A stretch of DNA of 64,000 nucleotides from Okamejei kenojei (taxonomy: Eukaryota), in the NCBI GenBank assembly GCA_035221665.1, contig CM069147.1, positions 14,508,001 to 14,572,000 of the forward strand, given 5' to 3'. Below are positions 63,551 to 64,000 of this stretch, piece after piece. The notes below the pieces were generated by a model. It made no database searches. It saw nothing but the letters and a program-made list of their open reading frames with translations, and was not told where the DNA came from. Each line of letters begins with the position of its first letter. Positions within the stretch are counted from its first letter, which is position 1. The translations under genes and the position numbers were made by a program.

Positions 63551-64000
63551 ATAGTGGGTTATGTGCACACCATGGAGAACAAGGTACCACAGGCCAATGT
63601 TTGGGCAGATGTGACGTGTTATCTTCAGTTCGCTTCTCAATTTACATTTTTTTTAATTTTTGTGGTATCTTGCACAATGTTTTTCCATGTTTCCTAATTT
63701 GCATGTGTCATGCAAGGTTCCTCGCTATTAAATGGGTAGCATTAAATCCTTGTTTAAAAAAAAAGACCAAGAGATTCAACTGTAACATGGCAGCAACTTG
63801 GTAAATGAAGGGTTTGAATTATGCAGTTTAAGGCTCGCACACAATTATGTAACTCATTTATAGGAGTTGGTGAAAAGGCGAAATAAAAACAAATTAACAA
63901 ACTGCCTGACTGAAAATGTGAACTATTATAAAGAGGAGGGGGAACCACATCACTGATTATTCTGATTAATCCGAGCTCTCTGAAGTTTTCCCCATGTGTT

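Noticed and set aside
51807-64000. Upstream GBD/FH3 exon of FHOD (LPDQDSFYD...-type)
   Set aside because: Not found by eye; it probably lies beyond the window end.

Overview
Vertebrate genomic DNA, almost certainly a cartilaginous fish (skate/ray-like, inferred from HE1-type SINEs and HER1/CR1 LINEs). The window lies inside one minus-strand formin gene, most likely FHOD1 (FHOD family certain). I can reconstruct a phase-consistent exon chain: 51806-51451, [21712-21608], 20129-20022, [17061-17014], 16239-16136, 8068-7925, 7184-6271 (FH1 and FH2 start), 951-796 (FH2); brackets mark candidate cassette exons. The 7924-7185 intron is a probable GC-AG intron, and two acceptors are tandem NAGNAG sites. 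The introns hold a near-full-length young CR1 LINE with a TSD and a 93-bp monomer 5' end, many truncated CR1s (one forming a ~760-bp near-perfect inverted pair), HE1/V-SINEs, three Harbinger-type MITEs, a 6-bp-TSD DNA transposon, a Crypton/Eulor-like hairpin element, a foldback element, and Rex1 and RTE remnants. The most interesting signal is ~20 copies of a short, often palindromic repeat carrying a minimal hammerhead-ribozyme core (CTGAnGA-stem II-GAAA-CGTC) of the Penelope type. Repeat boundaries were read by eye and are approximate; no database searches were run.
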